Assembly (NCBI GenBank): GCA_037447605.1
Contig: CM074808.1
Location: forward strand, 682,001 to 746,000
Length of the DNA: 64,000 nucleotides
DNA from: Zygnema circumcarinatum SAG 698-1b
Taxonomy: Eukaryota; Plantae; Zygnematophyceae
Direction of reading: 5' to 3'
Shown here: positions 24,001 to 36,744 of the stretch, one piece after another
Numbering within the stretch: position 1 is the stretch's first letter
Layout of the letters: every line of letters starts with the position of its first letter
Notes under the pieces: model-generated
The model's input: only the letters and a program-made list of their open reading frames with translations
Told to the model about the DNA's origin: nothing
Database searches by the model: none
Program-made: the position numbers and the translations under genes

Positions 24001-26163
24001 AAGGGGTGAAAGCGAGGTAATGGGCAAAAAGGTAGACAATTAGGCAGAAGACGAGAAGTGGAGCACAATCTCATGCAGTGGGTTGTACACACTTCTGAAG
24101 GCTCTGTATGATTTGCCCTCGCTATTTTGTTTTGCAACTGTAGGTGCTTGCAAACTTCCTCTCTACCCCCCTAGCAAGCGGAGATGGTGGTGATGCAGCG
24201 GGTTGGCCCTACATCTCCTTCGACTTAGACCCGCGGCGGGTGGAGGTAAACGACCTCCTTCAGCCTTGGGGGAGCCTTACTCTGCCTGCTTTGGAGTGCG
24301 GACAGCACGAGAGCATTTGCTTTCGAGACAAGACACAGCGGAAAACTAAACTTTCAGGTTTGTGTATTGTGATTGGGTTGGTCAGGCTGCACGAAAACTT
24401 GGTTTCCCTGTGCTGTACGGAGATGGTTCGCGAGCTGCAGTTCTGCAAACAGCTGGAATTTCCCGGCCAAAGGCGATGATGGTGATGTACACCAATAAGG
24501 AGAAGTCTGTACAGTCAGTGGAGCGGTTGCGGCAGGCATGGCCAGGGGTGGGGATACCTCTCCTTCAAGACTTTCAAATGGCTGGCTAAAATGGAGTCAG
24601 GAGAGGAGTGATGAAGGTGTTTCCAAGGATATCTAGACCTTAGTCGACGTTCATTTTCCAATAAATAAGTCTTTTTCGACGGTGAAAGAAGCTGTTTCAA
24701 GCAATATAAGCTGATGTCGGTGTTCGTTTGGTGGATAGGTTCCAATCTATGCCCGCGCTCAGAATCTCAACCATCTTTTGGAGCTGAAAACGGCGGGCGC
24801 GACGGATGTTGTTCTGGAGAACGCTGAGGTGGGATGCTTCCCATCCTCCCCTTAGATTTCAGCAAGGCTGAGGCCATGGATTCATAGACTCCTAACTTGC
24901 GGAGATTACAGATGCCCCTTCCCCCAACCCTTTGAATAAGGGCTGCGTTGTTGCTCATGTTGTGTAAGGCTAGCTCCTTAACACAGTGTACCGTTCATGA
25001 CGAATTTCTCAAGAATGAGTAGGATACTAGACACGATGTCCTTTCGCAAAAGGTAAGCGTTTGTTTATGGGCGATCATCGTAACAATGCATTTTACGGCT
25101 TGCTACCCTCACTCATGAGTGACCAGGAGAAAATTGAGCTATGTGTCTGTGTGTGGTGGGTTGGAAACCTGCAGGCGAGCCTGCGGTTGGGATCAATCCT
25201 CCTTCAGGACCTTGGGGTGATGAGAGATGATGTCGTGTTTCTACGAAGGATCATGCGTGAAGCCATGGATCAACGAGCGCGGGAAGCTTATGTGAATAGG
25301 AACACGGACCTTCAGCTTGTGGAGCCCTACCAGGTACACAGAACCTCTTTACAGTATGATACATATGTGGTGAGGACAGGTGGTATTCCCTTCTATGAAG
25401 CATGTAGAGAGTTCATACTGTGCATCAGTTGACTCGTGAAGAGGTGGAATTGAATTCACCTTGTGCGTTATGAAAGGTATAAGAAGCGACAATATCTGAC
25501 AGTCATATGCGTGATGATCGCGCTTTCGCAAGTATCCATAAAACTCGACGCTTTGTGTGACTGATCCTCTCTTCACGTGGCATGTTGTAGGCAAAAGTGC
25601 GCAATCTCTTAAAAACTAGATTGAAAGACGGGGAAAACCGAATGCGTTTTAGTGACGTATCTTCGTCGTCAGAAGATGAAGAAGATCCTGTTGGATCAGT
25701 GCTACGATTTGAAGAAGACCCTCTATATCCGAAAGTGGGAGATGTTCGTCAGAGTCCTTCGTCAGTAGGAGAGAATGGAGCAGCAAGCCATGCTGGAGAG
25801 GTCAATCGCAGCAGCTCGCAGGGTGGCGAGGCGATATCTGAAAGGAACGGAGCAGGTATGGCATCGAGGCAGGGAGGAGGAAGACCCAAGTCTAACTTAC
25901 AGCAGAGGACTAAAGGAAGGCAGGCGAGTTTGGGAACTGCAGCAGCAGCTGGGGCTGTGGTATTAGCGAATTCTGGCGATTCAAATTTGTCAGATGGCTT
26001 ACGTGCTGGAGGTGCCGAGTCTTCTTCACAAATAGGAAGGGCAGCAGAAGTTGAGGGGGAGGATTATGATGGGTCATTGGAGTACATGACAGATGATGAG
26101 GAGACTGTGGACATGCTCATTCCATGTGAGGGTTCCAGTTGTGTTGTGCCTGAATATGACTAG
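17776..26163 (+). CDS. KEA3: Thylakoid K+/H+ antiporter KEA3 (CPA2 domain + KTN/RCK domain), multi-exon
   Basis: A transit-peptide-like start is followed by [162 protein letters not shown], the KTN GFGQMAQ motif, YGDGSR and SLRLGSILL. The last exon is 25591-26163. Confidence 0.95.
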
Positions 26164-26879
26164 CTGAAGATGACGAGTGCAAACCTTCAGGTCGGCAGCA
26201 AGGACAGGCGTATGATGCCAACACAGCACCCCTCTCTCTCTCCCGCTCTCCCTCTCTGCCCCTACCCACTCCTCCCTCCCTCCTTCCCTCCCTCCCTCCC
26301 CCCTTCCCTCCCTCTCTCTGCTTCTCTTTCTCTAACTCTCTCCCTCCCGCCCTCCAGTGAGAGCACCCACATGCGAATTCTCGATTTTAGTTCCATTTCG
26401 TCTTTCTTGTTTGAGTGTACACTTTGTAGGGGTTAGGTATGTTATAAATGCTTTAGTGTCCAGTACAGGAAACATTAACCGATTTGTTGTACACTTGTGA
26501 GCCATGACGGGTAGCGTAAAGGTAGCGTACAGGTAGCGTAAAGCTCCTTAATGATTCTTTCTTTAGAAAATGGTCCGATTAGAAATGGGCTTTTAGGAAA
26601 TTTCAGAAAAAAAAAACAAAAAAATGGGCAGGCGCTGTTCTCAGCGAGAATGTGCAAATAAATTGCTTGTGAGCTGCTTCCCTTTCTCCGAGGAGTACAA
26701 AGGCAGTGTCGTGTTTGCGATTGCATGCTGGTTGGTCAGTCCGTCAGTCAATTGGCCAATGGCCTTCGTCGTCAGAGTAACGTACCTGAACAATCCGAAG
26801 TATTGAGCGTTTGATTTTTTCTTAAACTAGAAGGGAAAGAAGAGAACACGGTAGGGTGGGGAAATGCTCTGAACAGGCT

Positions 26880-27235
26880 GTTAATACTGTCCCTAATGCT
26901 ACTGAAGTGGTTGGACCATCGTGTCGGAACAAAATTGCCCAAGTTGGCCACCCCTTGCAATGGTTGGCAAGCGTTGGATATCACGAGTTCGAACCATTGG
27001 CGACGGTTTGACGGTGTCCTACGCCAATGGTTGGAAGCCACTTGAATGGTTGGCAACAGATTGAGGCCAATGCATTTCAACCATTGCGAGGGGAAAATTT
27101 CATTGAACTCCGGATTGCGAGTGGTTGACTGGTTCCTCCATACTTCCAATCCGCGTGCTTGCTAACCAATGGACGCATCCAATGGCTGCCAACCATTGGC
27201 AATGGTTGAGACCATTACCTATATTAAATGCAGAA
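26880..27235. repeat. Intergenic element rich in CAATGGTTGG/CCAACCATTG sub-repeats in both orientations; related to 50985-51545
   Basis: Multiple caatggttgg, gaatggttgg and ccaaccattg words occur within ~350 bp. Confidence 0.55.
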
Positions 27236-27501
27236 GTTTGCCGCCGACTGGCAGATTTTTTAACTCACGTCCAAATGGAGAACCAAGCTGAATTGATCGC
27301 TAATGACCTAGGAATGAAAGAGCATTCTTTAACCAACGCCCTTTCATTCTGACGTTTCCCTTTTTCGAAAAAGACTTCTATTTACTCATACCGCATTGCA
27401 TGATGTATGCACTACTGCCACAATGGACCGCTCCCGCGGCCGTTGCCGCTGCTTAATAATGTACTCGTTTAAAAATCTTAAAAAGAAAAAAAGGGGAATG
27501 A

Positions 27502-27575
27502 TGTGGCATTGATCTCACGCATGGCGATGTCATGAAATGTCCATGGCCAACATCAACACGAGGAACTGACTGGTC
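27502..27575 (-). repeat. Dispersed ~100-nt repeat, truncated copy D
   Basis: tgtggcattgatctcacgcatggcgatgtcatg...cacgaggaactgactggtc aligns with the copies at 30335, 36068 and 59766. Confidence 0.8.
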
Positions 27576-27638
27576 AGGGGAAAAAAGGAAAAATGTTTCT
27601 GACCAATAACGAATGGTCCGCCCGTTGTCAAAACGGAA

Positions 27639-27711
27639 TGGAGACGCGGGGCATCGATCCCCGTACCTCTCGCATGCAAAGCGAGCGCTCTACCATATGA
27701 GCTACACCCCC
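27639..27711 (-). tRNA. trnA-UGC: tRNA-Ala (anticodon UGC)
   Basis: The reverse complement GGGGGTGTAGCTCATATGGTAGAGCGCTCGCTTTGCATGCGAGAGGTACGGGGATCGATGCCCCGCGTCTCCA is 73 nt and folds as a cloverleaf. It has the G3:U70 alanine identity pair and an A73 discriminator, with TTTT a few nt downstream. Confidence 0.97.
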
Positions 27712-28394
27712 TTAGTATGGAATTATTTCACTGTAAATATTTTTAGTGAAATGTTTAACATGGCATTCGGCCCAAATTACTCGTTGTGAAACCCCTTTTT
27801 GCGCACATTCCATCGTGCCGCCATCCGCGAGGTCAATGCCAACGCCCTCTCTCTCTCTTTCTCTCTCTTCTCTCACAGTTCGGTTGATCGCTTCTCTTAA
27901 CGTGCCATATGCGCAGAGCAGGAAGCTGCAGATCAGGTTGCATGCATTCGCACCCGCTGCCGTATGCAACAACTTGCGGGCCAAGTGGCCAAGCAGTTCT
28001 ATCTACATCTTGGAGGCCATTTGGATAGTCCCCTCCTTATTTTTAATTTCGCGAAGAAAATGTTCAAACATTACCTATTTTATGTCCCAAAACACTTTGG
28101 CGGCACGGGAATGCTATAAGGCTTGGCTCTTGAAGGTAACAGTCGAAGGAATTTGACCCCTTCCCGTCTATATAAGCCGCCTATGTTTCCTAATCATTTG
28201 CATGCGGGAAACATTATGTTGAAAAGAATACCATGCGAAGCACATGCCTCCACATAGCAGAGGCCGTTCCTAGAAGATAGAGTATACTATGTACAAGGCT
28301 CGTCGTAATCTAAGCCAGACCGTAAACTACAATCATTTTAGCCCAAATAAATTTCTGCGACTTCTTGTTGAACGCGAAGGAGTTCACTCTCAAG

Positions 28395-30135
28395 TCAGGA
28401 CGGCGGTGGTGGTGGGGGGGGGGATGCCGGCAAGTTGAAGTTCTTAAAGGCGAGCATGGCGAGGCCGAGTGAGGTGAAGCCAAACATGCCGACGGCGAGG
28501 CCTCCGAAGCCTCCTACCTGCACAGTATCCATAGATGCTCTATGTGGCTATGACCTAATTAAGAACAAAGCCATTCCCTAACACATTTCCACAAGTGCTT
28601 TTAGGGTTTTAGGTTCACATTTACGCCCTCCTCCACCGCTCTAATACGGGAAAGAGCGCTGAACACAGTGACCAGAAATTGACGATAACGAAAGGAACTG
28701 TGTGCAGGAGGCAGAGGGAGCAACAGACCCCCCTCTGTAAAGTGCGGCAATGAAAGGTGAGGATGCAGGCAGGGAGATCAGGAGCAGCTGAAGTGGAGAG
28801 CTTCTGCCTGCACCACTCACCATACTGAGGAGAATGTAATTGACCTCCTGCGACAAGCCCATGGGCGCGTGTTTGACGACAGGATTTTCCTTCAGGAAGG
28901 TGAAGGCCTCTGAGACATAACGCGACAGGAAGAAAGAGCAGACCATAGAGATTCCGGCTCCTGCAGAAGCCTGCACAATGCACGCATTGGAGACCTAAAG
29001 CGGGTGAGGAGAAGGGGGAGGGGAGTAAAGAAAGGTCAAAGGAAACACAATTGGAATGCCGTGGTGAAATTCAATTTGTGAATTGACAAGTGAAGTGGGG
29101 AGCCTCTGTTTTGAATGTTTTGTGAATCCAAAAGAAACAAAAAAAAGACTGTAGTAAAGACAGTATGATGAAGTATATATCAAGGATAAGAGAAGTAGCA
29201 AGAGCAGCTCCGAATGCAAGGTGAGGTTCTTGCTGCTAGTCCCTCTCGCTTTTTCTCTCTCTCACTGGGTGCGCACATTTCTCTCTCGACTCGTACGGAT
29301 GATTAGAGAAATGTGCAGGAGGGCGAGCATTAAGCCGAAAAGGAAGCCCGCATAGGGGACATTCCCCACATTTGGCAATAAGTGTAGACGGTGGTTTGAT
29401 GATTAAAACGATTTCCTTTCGTTAAGAGAACGTTATTCATAGGAAGTCTCGGGGAGACAGGACCCAAACCAAGAGAAACACTGGGAAGACCTCTTTGTGC
29501 AAACCAGTCGTGCTCAAAAACAATAAATGATATGTGAATGATATGATATGAACCCAATTTCTCCTCTTTATTAGCGGGGTATTTTCAACCAAACGTAAAG
29601 CACTCACATTTCAACACCGATATACTACATGTAGCCCCAAAACAGCGTAAATTTCAATAATTCGGTATGTCGATGAAAGAGTGAAGGTTGCAGAAAATTC
29701 AAAATTTCACAAATAATGCATCTAGAAACCACAAATTCATGTCCAAGATTTCATGTTGACACCAAAAAAAGAGGGGTTTACCTGCATCCACGACACACGC
29801 CCAATTTTCTTTCCCTTCTTCCTCCTCTGCTGACTCCTCCCTCCCTCCAGAGGAAAGGTGGGCCCCACCATGGACCCTCCGCTTTTGGGCGTCGTAACGG
29901 GGTCCCTACGGAACTGCGGACGGACGGGTTCTATGGGGCCCTCCAGGTTGAGCTCGTAGTCCCGCAGCGAGCAATTCACCGCCACGTAGCAGGCAGAATT
30001 GCCTGCCACGTGACCCTTCCCTCGGCAGGGAGTCAGCGCGAAGGGCACTGCGGAGACCCCCAAAAGGAGGCGCCGGTCGGAGACCAAGGGGAGGCGCTGC
30101 GAGGGGGGAGGGAGGAGAGCCGCGAGGGCAGCCAT
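28395..30135 (-). CDS. Plastid-targeted membrane protein, DUF3082-like (3 exons, ~208 aa)
   Basis: Exons 30135-29782, 28970-28821 and 28517-28395 join in frame with GT-AG. The product is MAALAALLPPPSQR (transit-like)...RVSWMQ|ASAGAGISMVCSFFLSRYVSEAFTFLKENPVVKHAPMGLSQEVNYILLSM|VGGFGGLAVGMFGFTSLGLAMLAFK. The family assignment is from recalled similarity of the two-TM pattern only. Confidence 0.65.
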
Positions 30136-30334
30136 GGCTGCCGCGCGGACGGGTGGAGCGGGGAAGGGAGCGGAGGGGAGGGGAGGCAGAGAGCGAGAGA
30201 GGGCGAGGGAGACTTGACTGATAGGCGGAACTTTAGTGCAAATGGCAGGCGCGCACGTGGCGGCCTCCCATTGGCGAAGAAGAAGATATTTTTTTGCACT
30301 TTTGGTGCAGTCTGCTTGCCCGCCCTCGTCCTTA

Positions 30335-30433
30335 GGTCCTTTGCGACCAGTTAGTTCCTCGTGGTTTTCCGCATGTTGATTTTGTCCATGTACATTTGAT
30401 GGCATCATCGCCATCGTGAGTTCGTGCCATTTT
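30335..30433 (+). repeat. Dispersed ~100-nt repeat, copy A
   Basis: ggtcctttgcgaccagttagttcctcgtggtt...gtccatgtacatttgatggcatcatcgccatcgtgagttcgtgccatttt. Confidence 0.85.
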
Positions 30434-31127
30434 CCTTCACCTCCCTCCCATGCACACAACCTTCTGAGCATGAATGAATGCTGAAGCTTGTTGCATGTGC
30501 ATGTGGCTGTGCAGCGCAATTCATGTTGTACGATTCATGTTACGGCCTCCACTTGATGTTGTTCTAACAAGCTGAGGACATGTCCATGGTTGCAAACCTC
30601 CCAAACCAAGTTTGCAACTGCTCTAGCTGCAATCGGTCTGCAGGTGTGAGATGACGCCAACAAGGTTGGGTTACGTCAGCACATGTTGAAGCGGTTTGCA
30701 ATTTGGGTCATGAGGGGGGGGAGGGCTCGACCGGGGGAGGCCGCATCTGAGTTTCATTCATGGAACGGTTCTCTCGCACGCGTCTGGTTGCAGGCGGGAG
30801 TCACGGTTCTATGTCTGCGCCAGGTCAGGAAAACACCAAAAAACTAAACTACACGAAAAGTCGTTTAACAAGTTTCACACATGGAGCCGCAGTTTCAAAC
30901 TGTAAGCTGCCGTACGCATAATTTTGAATCCTCACGGAACGCTACAGCCGTGAAACTGTGCATGGAAGATGTTGGACGGGGTGACAAGGACATTCAGTTA
31001 CAGTTTGAGTAGAGCGCATTTTCAAACCACCTGTACGGATCTCCATTTTTTTGGTCAGATGCACCCGCCTTATAAGTTAACTCCCTCTCTACACGACAAA
31101 AAAAACGACTCCGAATCTTGGAAAAGC

Positions 31128-31167
31128 GAATATTCGTCTCGGATATCCCGTCCGAGTCTGCCACGTG
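31128..31167 (+). promoter_or_regulatory. Tandem P1BS (GNATATNC) pair plus G-box upstream of the phosphate transporter
   Basis: GAATATTC at 31128-31135, GGATATCC at 31141-31148 and CACGTG at 31162-31167, ~1.1 kb upstream of ATG 32275. Confidence 0.5.
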
Positions 31168-32274
31168 GCGGCTTCTGGCAGCTCCATTTCGTACTGCCGA
31201 CGCAGAATTGTTGTCGTTTTGGGCGCAATGCTGCGCATTTTGGACCTTTTCGCCAAGCATTCTTGGAGCGAAGGCGTACGGCACCGACAATTTTCCGGCT
31301 TTGTCCGGATTTGCTGCCCGGGAAAAAAATGGGAGTACAGTACAAGTCCGTTTGGGTACTGTTTTCGGCTACCCAAAGTCTAAAAAAAGCCTTTTGATTG
31401 GTTGCTCGATCGAATCTTTCCCTTTTGAAAAGATTCTGTTCCTTCTTGATGCCACGTGGCAGCCCCGATATGCCGGTCAGGCGGCGTGGAAAATGTGTCG
31501 GCGTGGATGGCGGCGAGATACGAATTCTGGCGAATCTGGCAAAAACGGATTGCGGCCGGGCAGCCCGCCGTGGACGGGAAAAAAAAAACTGTACCGGCCG
31601 AGGGGGCAGCTTTGTCGGCTAGCGTTCGTACGGATGAAAATTTTGGATTTTTAGGGTTGTCCTACGTGGCGAGTCTTGTTACTGGCTGGCACTGCCGCGG
31701 CGTTTCTCGATTTTTCAGTTATGAAACAGTACCGATAAGTAGGATAAACAATTATGAAATGACCGTTGACAAGTACTCCATTCGTTCATTCGAGCACGTC
31801 TTGTCCAGGGCTACAACGCGTCCACCGAACGTGCCGCAGAAATTTCGTCCTGCCCGCAGTCCAGAACTAAAATTCCATAACCGCCTGTCCCGCCGTCAAG
31901 AAAGTTTCGACCCTCCTGTTGTCTGCCCGCTGCCCGCCGCCAAAAACAAATCCCTTTCCGGACCGCTGCCCGTTTCCCTGCCCGCCGCCTCACCAACCAG
32001 CGCTCCGCCCCTTTCCGGGCAGAAAAAACTTCTTCTTCCCCTGCCCGCGGGCAGATTCAAACATTTCCGGACGAATCCACTCAAAGCGCGCGTCCGCCGC
32101 CGCCCGGCCATAGATAGACCGCCGCCGCCTTCACTCTTAAACCCGTCCCTGGCAAACTGTACAAGCCAGCGAGAGGGAGCGAGGGAGAGAGGGAGGGAGA
32201 GGGAGAGGAGGAGAGAGGGTGAGGGAGAGGGGGAGAGGGGGAGAGGGAGAGGGAGAGGGAAGCGGGCGGCAGCC

Positions 32275-35200
32275 ATGACGACCTACGACCAGTACACGTG
32301 GATCTTCGTCCTCGGCACGATCTTCTCCTTCATCTGCGCGTTCGGTATCGGCGCCAACGATGTGGCCAACTCCTTCTGCTCCTCGGTGGGCGCGAAGGCC
32401 CTCACCATCTTCCAGGCGTGCTGCATTGCGGCCGTCTGCGAGTTCTCCGGCTCGGTGGGCCTCGGGGCGGGTGTCACGAACACCATCAAGAGTGGCATCG
32501 CTGACATCAAGGTCTTCGCCGATACGCCAGGTGCGCCGCGCCGCGCTGTGCCCGAATTAGGGTTTCTGGGAGGCGGTGCAGGCAGGCATGTGTGTGCGCG
32601 TGCAAGTAGGTTCGCCGGGTCGCTTTTTTAATGCGCCTTGCTTTCCTTCCCTTGCAGACCTCCTCATGTACGGTTTCCTTTGCGTCATGATTGCCGCCGC
32701 CTTCTGGGATAACTTGGCGTGCCATTTGGAGCTCCCTGTCTCCACCACCCATACCACAGGTGAGGGGCTTTGCACAGCACGACTCGCACACATGTTTATC
32801 TGGAACAGGGTCGCCATGGCTGCCCCATTCTTGCGTTGCCGTCTCCTATGCTGCGGCTAACGCAGGGGTGGGGCCCTTTGCATTGCAGTGGGTGCCATTG
32901 TGGGTATGGCCATGGTCCTCCGTGGAGGAGGTGCCGTTATCTGGTCTCAGCACATCGACGAGTTCCCGTACCTGAAGGGCATGAGCGTCATCTTCCTCTC
33001 CTGGGTGGTGTCGCCCGTTTCTGCCGGAATTTGCGTTCTCATTCTATTCGGAGCTCTCCGTACCTTTGTGCTGCGGTCGCAGCACAGCTTCATTCGCGCG
33101 TTCTATGTAAGTCTGCCTGACTTTTAGCTTCCTTACCACTTCCATCCCCACATTGGAGAGATTGGAGATTGTCTTTGCTGAGAGTGTGGTGTGGCTCACA
33201 GATGAGGCTTTGTGGCTTGTGCAGCTCCTCCCCATCCTGGTGGCGTTGACCTTCTTCATTATCATCCTGTTCATCATTCAGACAGGCAACAAGAATAAGA
33301 GCTGGGGGGACAAGCCTGAAGACCAAATTTCGGATGCTAAGGCGACCTACATTTCCGCTCCCATCGGTGTCGGTATGGGTATCCTCACTATGATATTCGT
33401 GATGCCGTCGCTGAAGAAAATGATTAACAAGGAGGAGGAGCTCGACGCCGAGAGGTAATATCTCGGTTTCTGTATCGCTTCATATGTTCGTTCCTCGTGT
33501 GCTTTGTGGTCTTACGCTGACTCTTCATGAATATGTACTGCAGGGCAAAGGCTGTTGAGGAAGGAAAGCTGAAGGGACTCACGGATATTGAACTTGCCAA
33601 CAAGCCAGTGGAAAGTAAGTCTCGTGTTCGATGGATTGAAATTTCCACGGCTGGTTGATGAACAAATGTGTTTAACTGCTATTAATTGACTTCAAACTAC
33701 GGAACTGTGTTTCGATTGTGCAGCATCGTGGGACAGGTTTTCTGCTAAAGTCAATAACTGGGCAGACAACACCTCAACTGGCAGAATCCTTCTTCGCAAC
33801 CCCGTGGCTAAGACAGTGTTTTACGTGAGATTCTTATCGATTTCATGGGACCTATCGAATGTGTTTTTGCGTTGTATGGGTTGATGTTGTTGGTATTCTC
33901 CTCAACGCAGTAGTTTCGCGTCTGCATTGTACTGGCAGGGGAGCTCGTATGACGTGCACGACTTCAAGGACGACCAGGCTGTTGTCGATGTGTGGGACAA
34001 CGCAGAAGTCTTCGACTACAAGACTGAGCGTCTCTTCCGCTACCTTCAGGTAACTGCTCTTGGACCTTCCTCTGTGTATACTGCTCTCGCAGCTCGTCGT
34101 GTAGGCCCGCCGGCCCATGCAGTGTGTAGCACAGCGTCATGGCGTGCATGGCGGCCGGTGTGCAGGTGTTTTCCGCCATGACCATGTCTTTCGCCCATGG
34201 AGCCAACGATGTTGCCAATGCTGTCGGACCGTACGCTGCCATCTACTCCATCTGGAAGGAGCGTGCTACTCCGTCGTCCAAGACTAAAGTTCCCCAGTGG
34301 ATCTACGTTATGGGTATGGTTTTTGCCTCCGGGAAAAATATCGTACCGAGGTGCCTTTATTGTTGGTCGCTTGAAACTGAAGATCCTTTTTTTCGTGGTT
34401 TTGATGCAGGTGGGTTTGGTATCGTCGCTGGTTTGGCCACCTACGGATACCACATCATGAAGGTGTTGGGTGTGAAGGTGGCCAAGCTGACCAACACCCG
34501 TGGGTTCGCTGCGGAGCTTTCGACCGCTGCTGTGGTGCTGGTTGCCTCCAGATACGGTCAGTGAGGTTGGGTGGATGCTATCTTTTCTAGCTTGTCTTTA
34601 GTTAGCATGTTTCGCGTTATGTAAGCACATCAAAAATCACGTTGTGAAGCAGATACGGGGCTTCTGTATCCAGGGTTTCCTTGTGCTCAATATCAGTATT
34701 CCCAGAGTATGGTCCACTCTTTCCTCAGCTTTCTTGAGACGTTGTTGACTTTAAAGCTCTATGCGTATGCAGGACTTCCCGTGTCCACCACCCAGACCAT
34801 CTGTGGTGCTATTCTCGCTATTGGCCTCTTTGAGGGTGCCAAGGGTGTCAACTGGTGGGTCATTGCCAGGGTGAGTCACGTAACTTCCTGTTCATAGCTT
34901 TCTGTTCTAAGCCTGTGAAGGGACGACCGCAGCCGACTGACTGACTTGACCAGCTTTTTGACTGACAACATCGCCTCTGTTGGTGGTGCAGACCGCCCTC
35001 GGATGGGTGTTCACCCTCATCGTCGCCGGGTTTGTTGCCGGCGGCCTCACTGCCTTCGGCGCTTTCGCCCCCAACAAGATCGCCGCTGACAACATCGTTG
35101 CTGTGAACAAGGTGCTTTACTCGGAGATCAACAGCATGCTCTACCAGCTCAACCAGGTCGACATGACCGCCCACCCCACCCTTGCGGCCACCCTGGCGGT

Positions 35201-35440
35201 AAGTACACATCCAAGAATGCGATTCTTTTTCAGTGTAGTTTTTCACTTGTAACCGATTGGTAACTGGTTTACTGTATTTAATTGAGTTGACTGTTTGGCT
35301 CATTGCAGACCATTGCCAAGAACTTGACTACCTACACCAAGAAGGGCAGCGCTTTGGGATACATTTATCCCCAAGAGGTGTCGAGCCTGCAGTTGACGAC
35401 TTTGAAGCAGTTCAACACTACCCTCGTCCTCGGCATGTAA
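32275..35440 (+). CDS. PTB: PiT/PHO4-family phosphate transporter, PTB (Na+/Pi symporter, Pho89-like) type, multi-exon
   Basis: Both PiT signature motifs are present: MTTYDQYTWIFVLGTIFSFICAFGIGANDVANSFCSSVGAKAL and VQVFSAMTMSFAHGANDVANAVGP. Also seen are ELPVSTTH, GFAAELSTA and LPVSTTQTICGA. There is no transit peptide, unlike plastid PHT2. The stop TAA is at 35438-35440. Confidence 0.92.
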
Positions 35441-36067
35441 AGAGCGGCTCGCGTGCCATCTGCATTCGCAGTGGAAAAATTAGAGTGTAGATGTTCGAGA
35501 TTGACCTTAGTAATGGATAGTACAGATAGGAGGGATGATTGTTTTATGGGTGGCATCAATAAGTGCTTCGATGTAGAAGTTTCACTATTAATTTATATCC
35601 GGATTAAAGATTGCAGTGGGAGAGGTGTGCTTGAGAGAGTGAGTTCATGACCGGAGACGATGGGCGTGGATGAAAATAGCGTTAGAGGGCAATTGCGCAC
35701 TTCACAAGTGAGCCTACAAAGCGTGAAAAATAAATCGCAAATCTGGAGAAGTACGCAGATGCACGAGTTTGAACAATGTAAAATTTTCAAATTCCACACT
35801 TCAACAGGAAAAGTATAGAAGAAGTGAGAAAACTATGCCTAGAAATTGGAACAGACGCTCATGAAAAGATTGAAACCATTTCTGTGAAATTGACATCAGA
35901 AAGATAATTAACCTCCAAAATAATTAAGAAAATGCGTAGAAGAATGCTTAACAGTTGTTCCGAAAAATGGAACAAGCAACAAATTTGAAAATCAAAAGAT
36001 AAAGAGGCCGTAGGGGCATATGATGAAAATGAAAACAATCATCTTAGATTCTTTTGTCTTGTACATA

Positions 36068-36159
36068 GGTCCTTTGCGACCAGTCCCTCGTGGTTCCCCA
36101 TGCTGCTTTTGTCCATGTAAATTCTGATGGCCTCGCCATCGTCAGTTCAATGCCATTTT
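36068..36159 (+). repeat. Dispersed ~100-nt repeat, copy B
   Basis: ggtcctttgcgaccagtccctcgtggttccccatg...gtccatgtaaattctgatggcctcgccatcgtcagttcaatgccatttt. Confidence 0.85.
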
Positions 36160-36744
36160 CCGTTCTTTACTTAAATGTTGTAGACGATAATATAAGAATA
36201 AACCATATTTGACAAACTGATCAAGACAAAGGAAAAACTGAAAATTGCTGATGTCATTTTCCTTCAACCTTTTTGGTGATATGTTAGTGGACAGACGAGT
36301 GAACAAAAATAGACCATACAAGACGCAAAAATATTGTACATACCATAAAGCATAATCAGTTTTGGATTGCTAAGCGGCCGCCTGACCATTTTCGGTAAAT
36401 CGTGCACTTTGAGTCGACTGGTCAAACTACAAGGCGAGGAATCGAATTTTTGATTAAATTTCCATACATATGAAATTTGAAACCAATCCCAGTTTTGCTT
36501 TAAGTACGTTGGTTCGCAGACTTCAAAACGATGAATGGGATGTCTCCACAGCTCAAGTCATACGCCTCTGTACTCACATGTGACTTTAAGCGCTCTTCTA
36601 CTTCTGAACTTCAATCTCTTCCTTCTAAAGTGTTCATATCAATTTCAGAAAATTAATTAAAAACTAACGGAGATAGACGAAGACCAAAAAAACGTTGGAA
36701 TGAAATGAAAAACCGCACATCAGGTTTTCCGTCAAAAACCTGAC

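Noticed and set aside
24626-24636. ATATCCTT U12-type donor-like word
   Set aside because: It is antisense to KEA3. All junctions I reconstructed were GT-AG, so there is no evidence for minor-class introns.
29737-30519. Shared peptide NHEELTGR.GPK in ORFs 29737-30519 and 59809-60078 as a protein motif
   Set aside because: It comes from the antisense reading of the dispersed repeat, and the frame is broken by indels in copies B and D.
32275-35440. Calling this gene plastid PHT2;1
   Set aside because: There is no transit peptide and the protein begins directly at TM1. The large central loop and C-terminal extension fit the PTB/Pho89 type.
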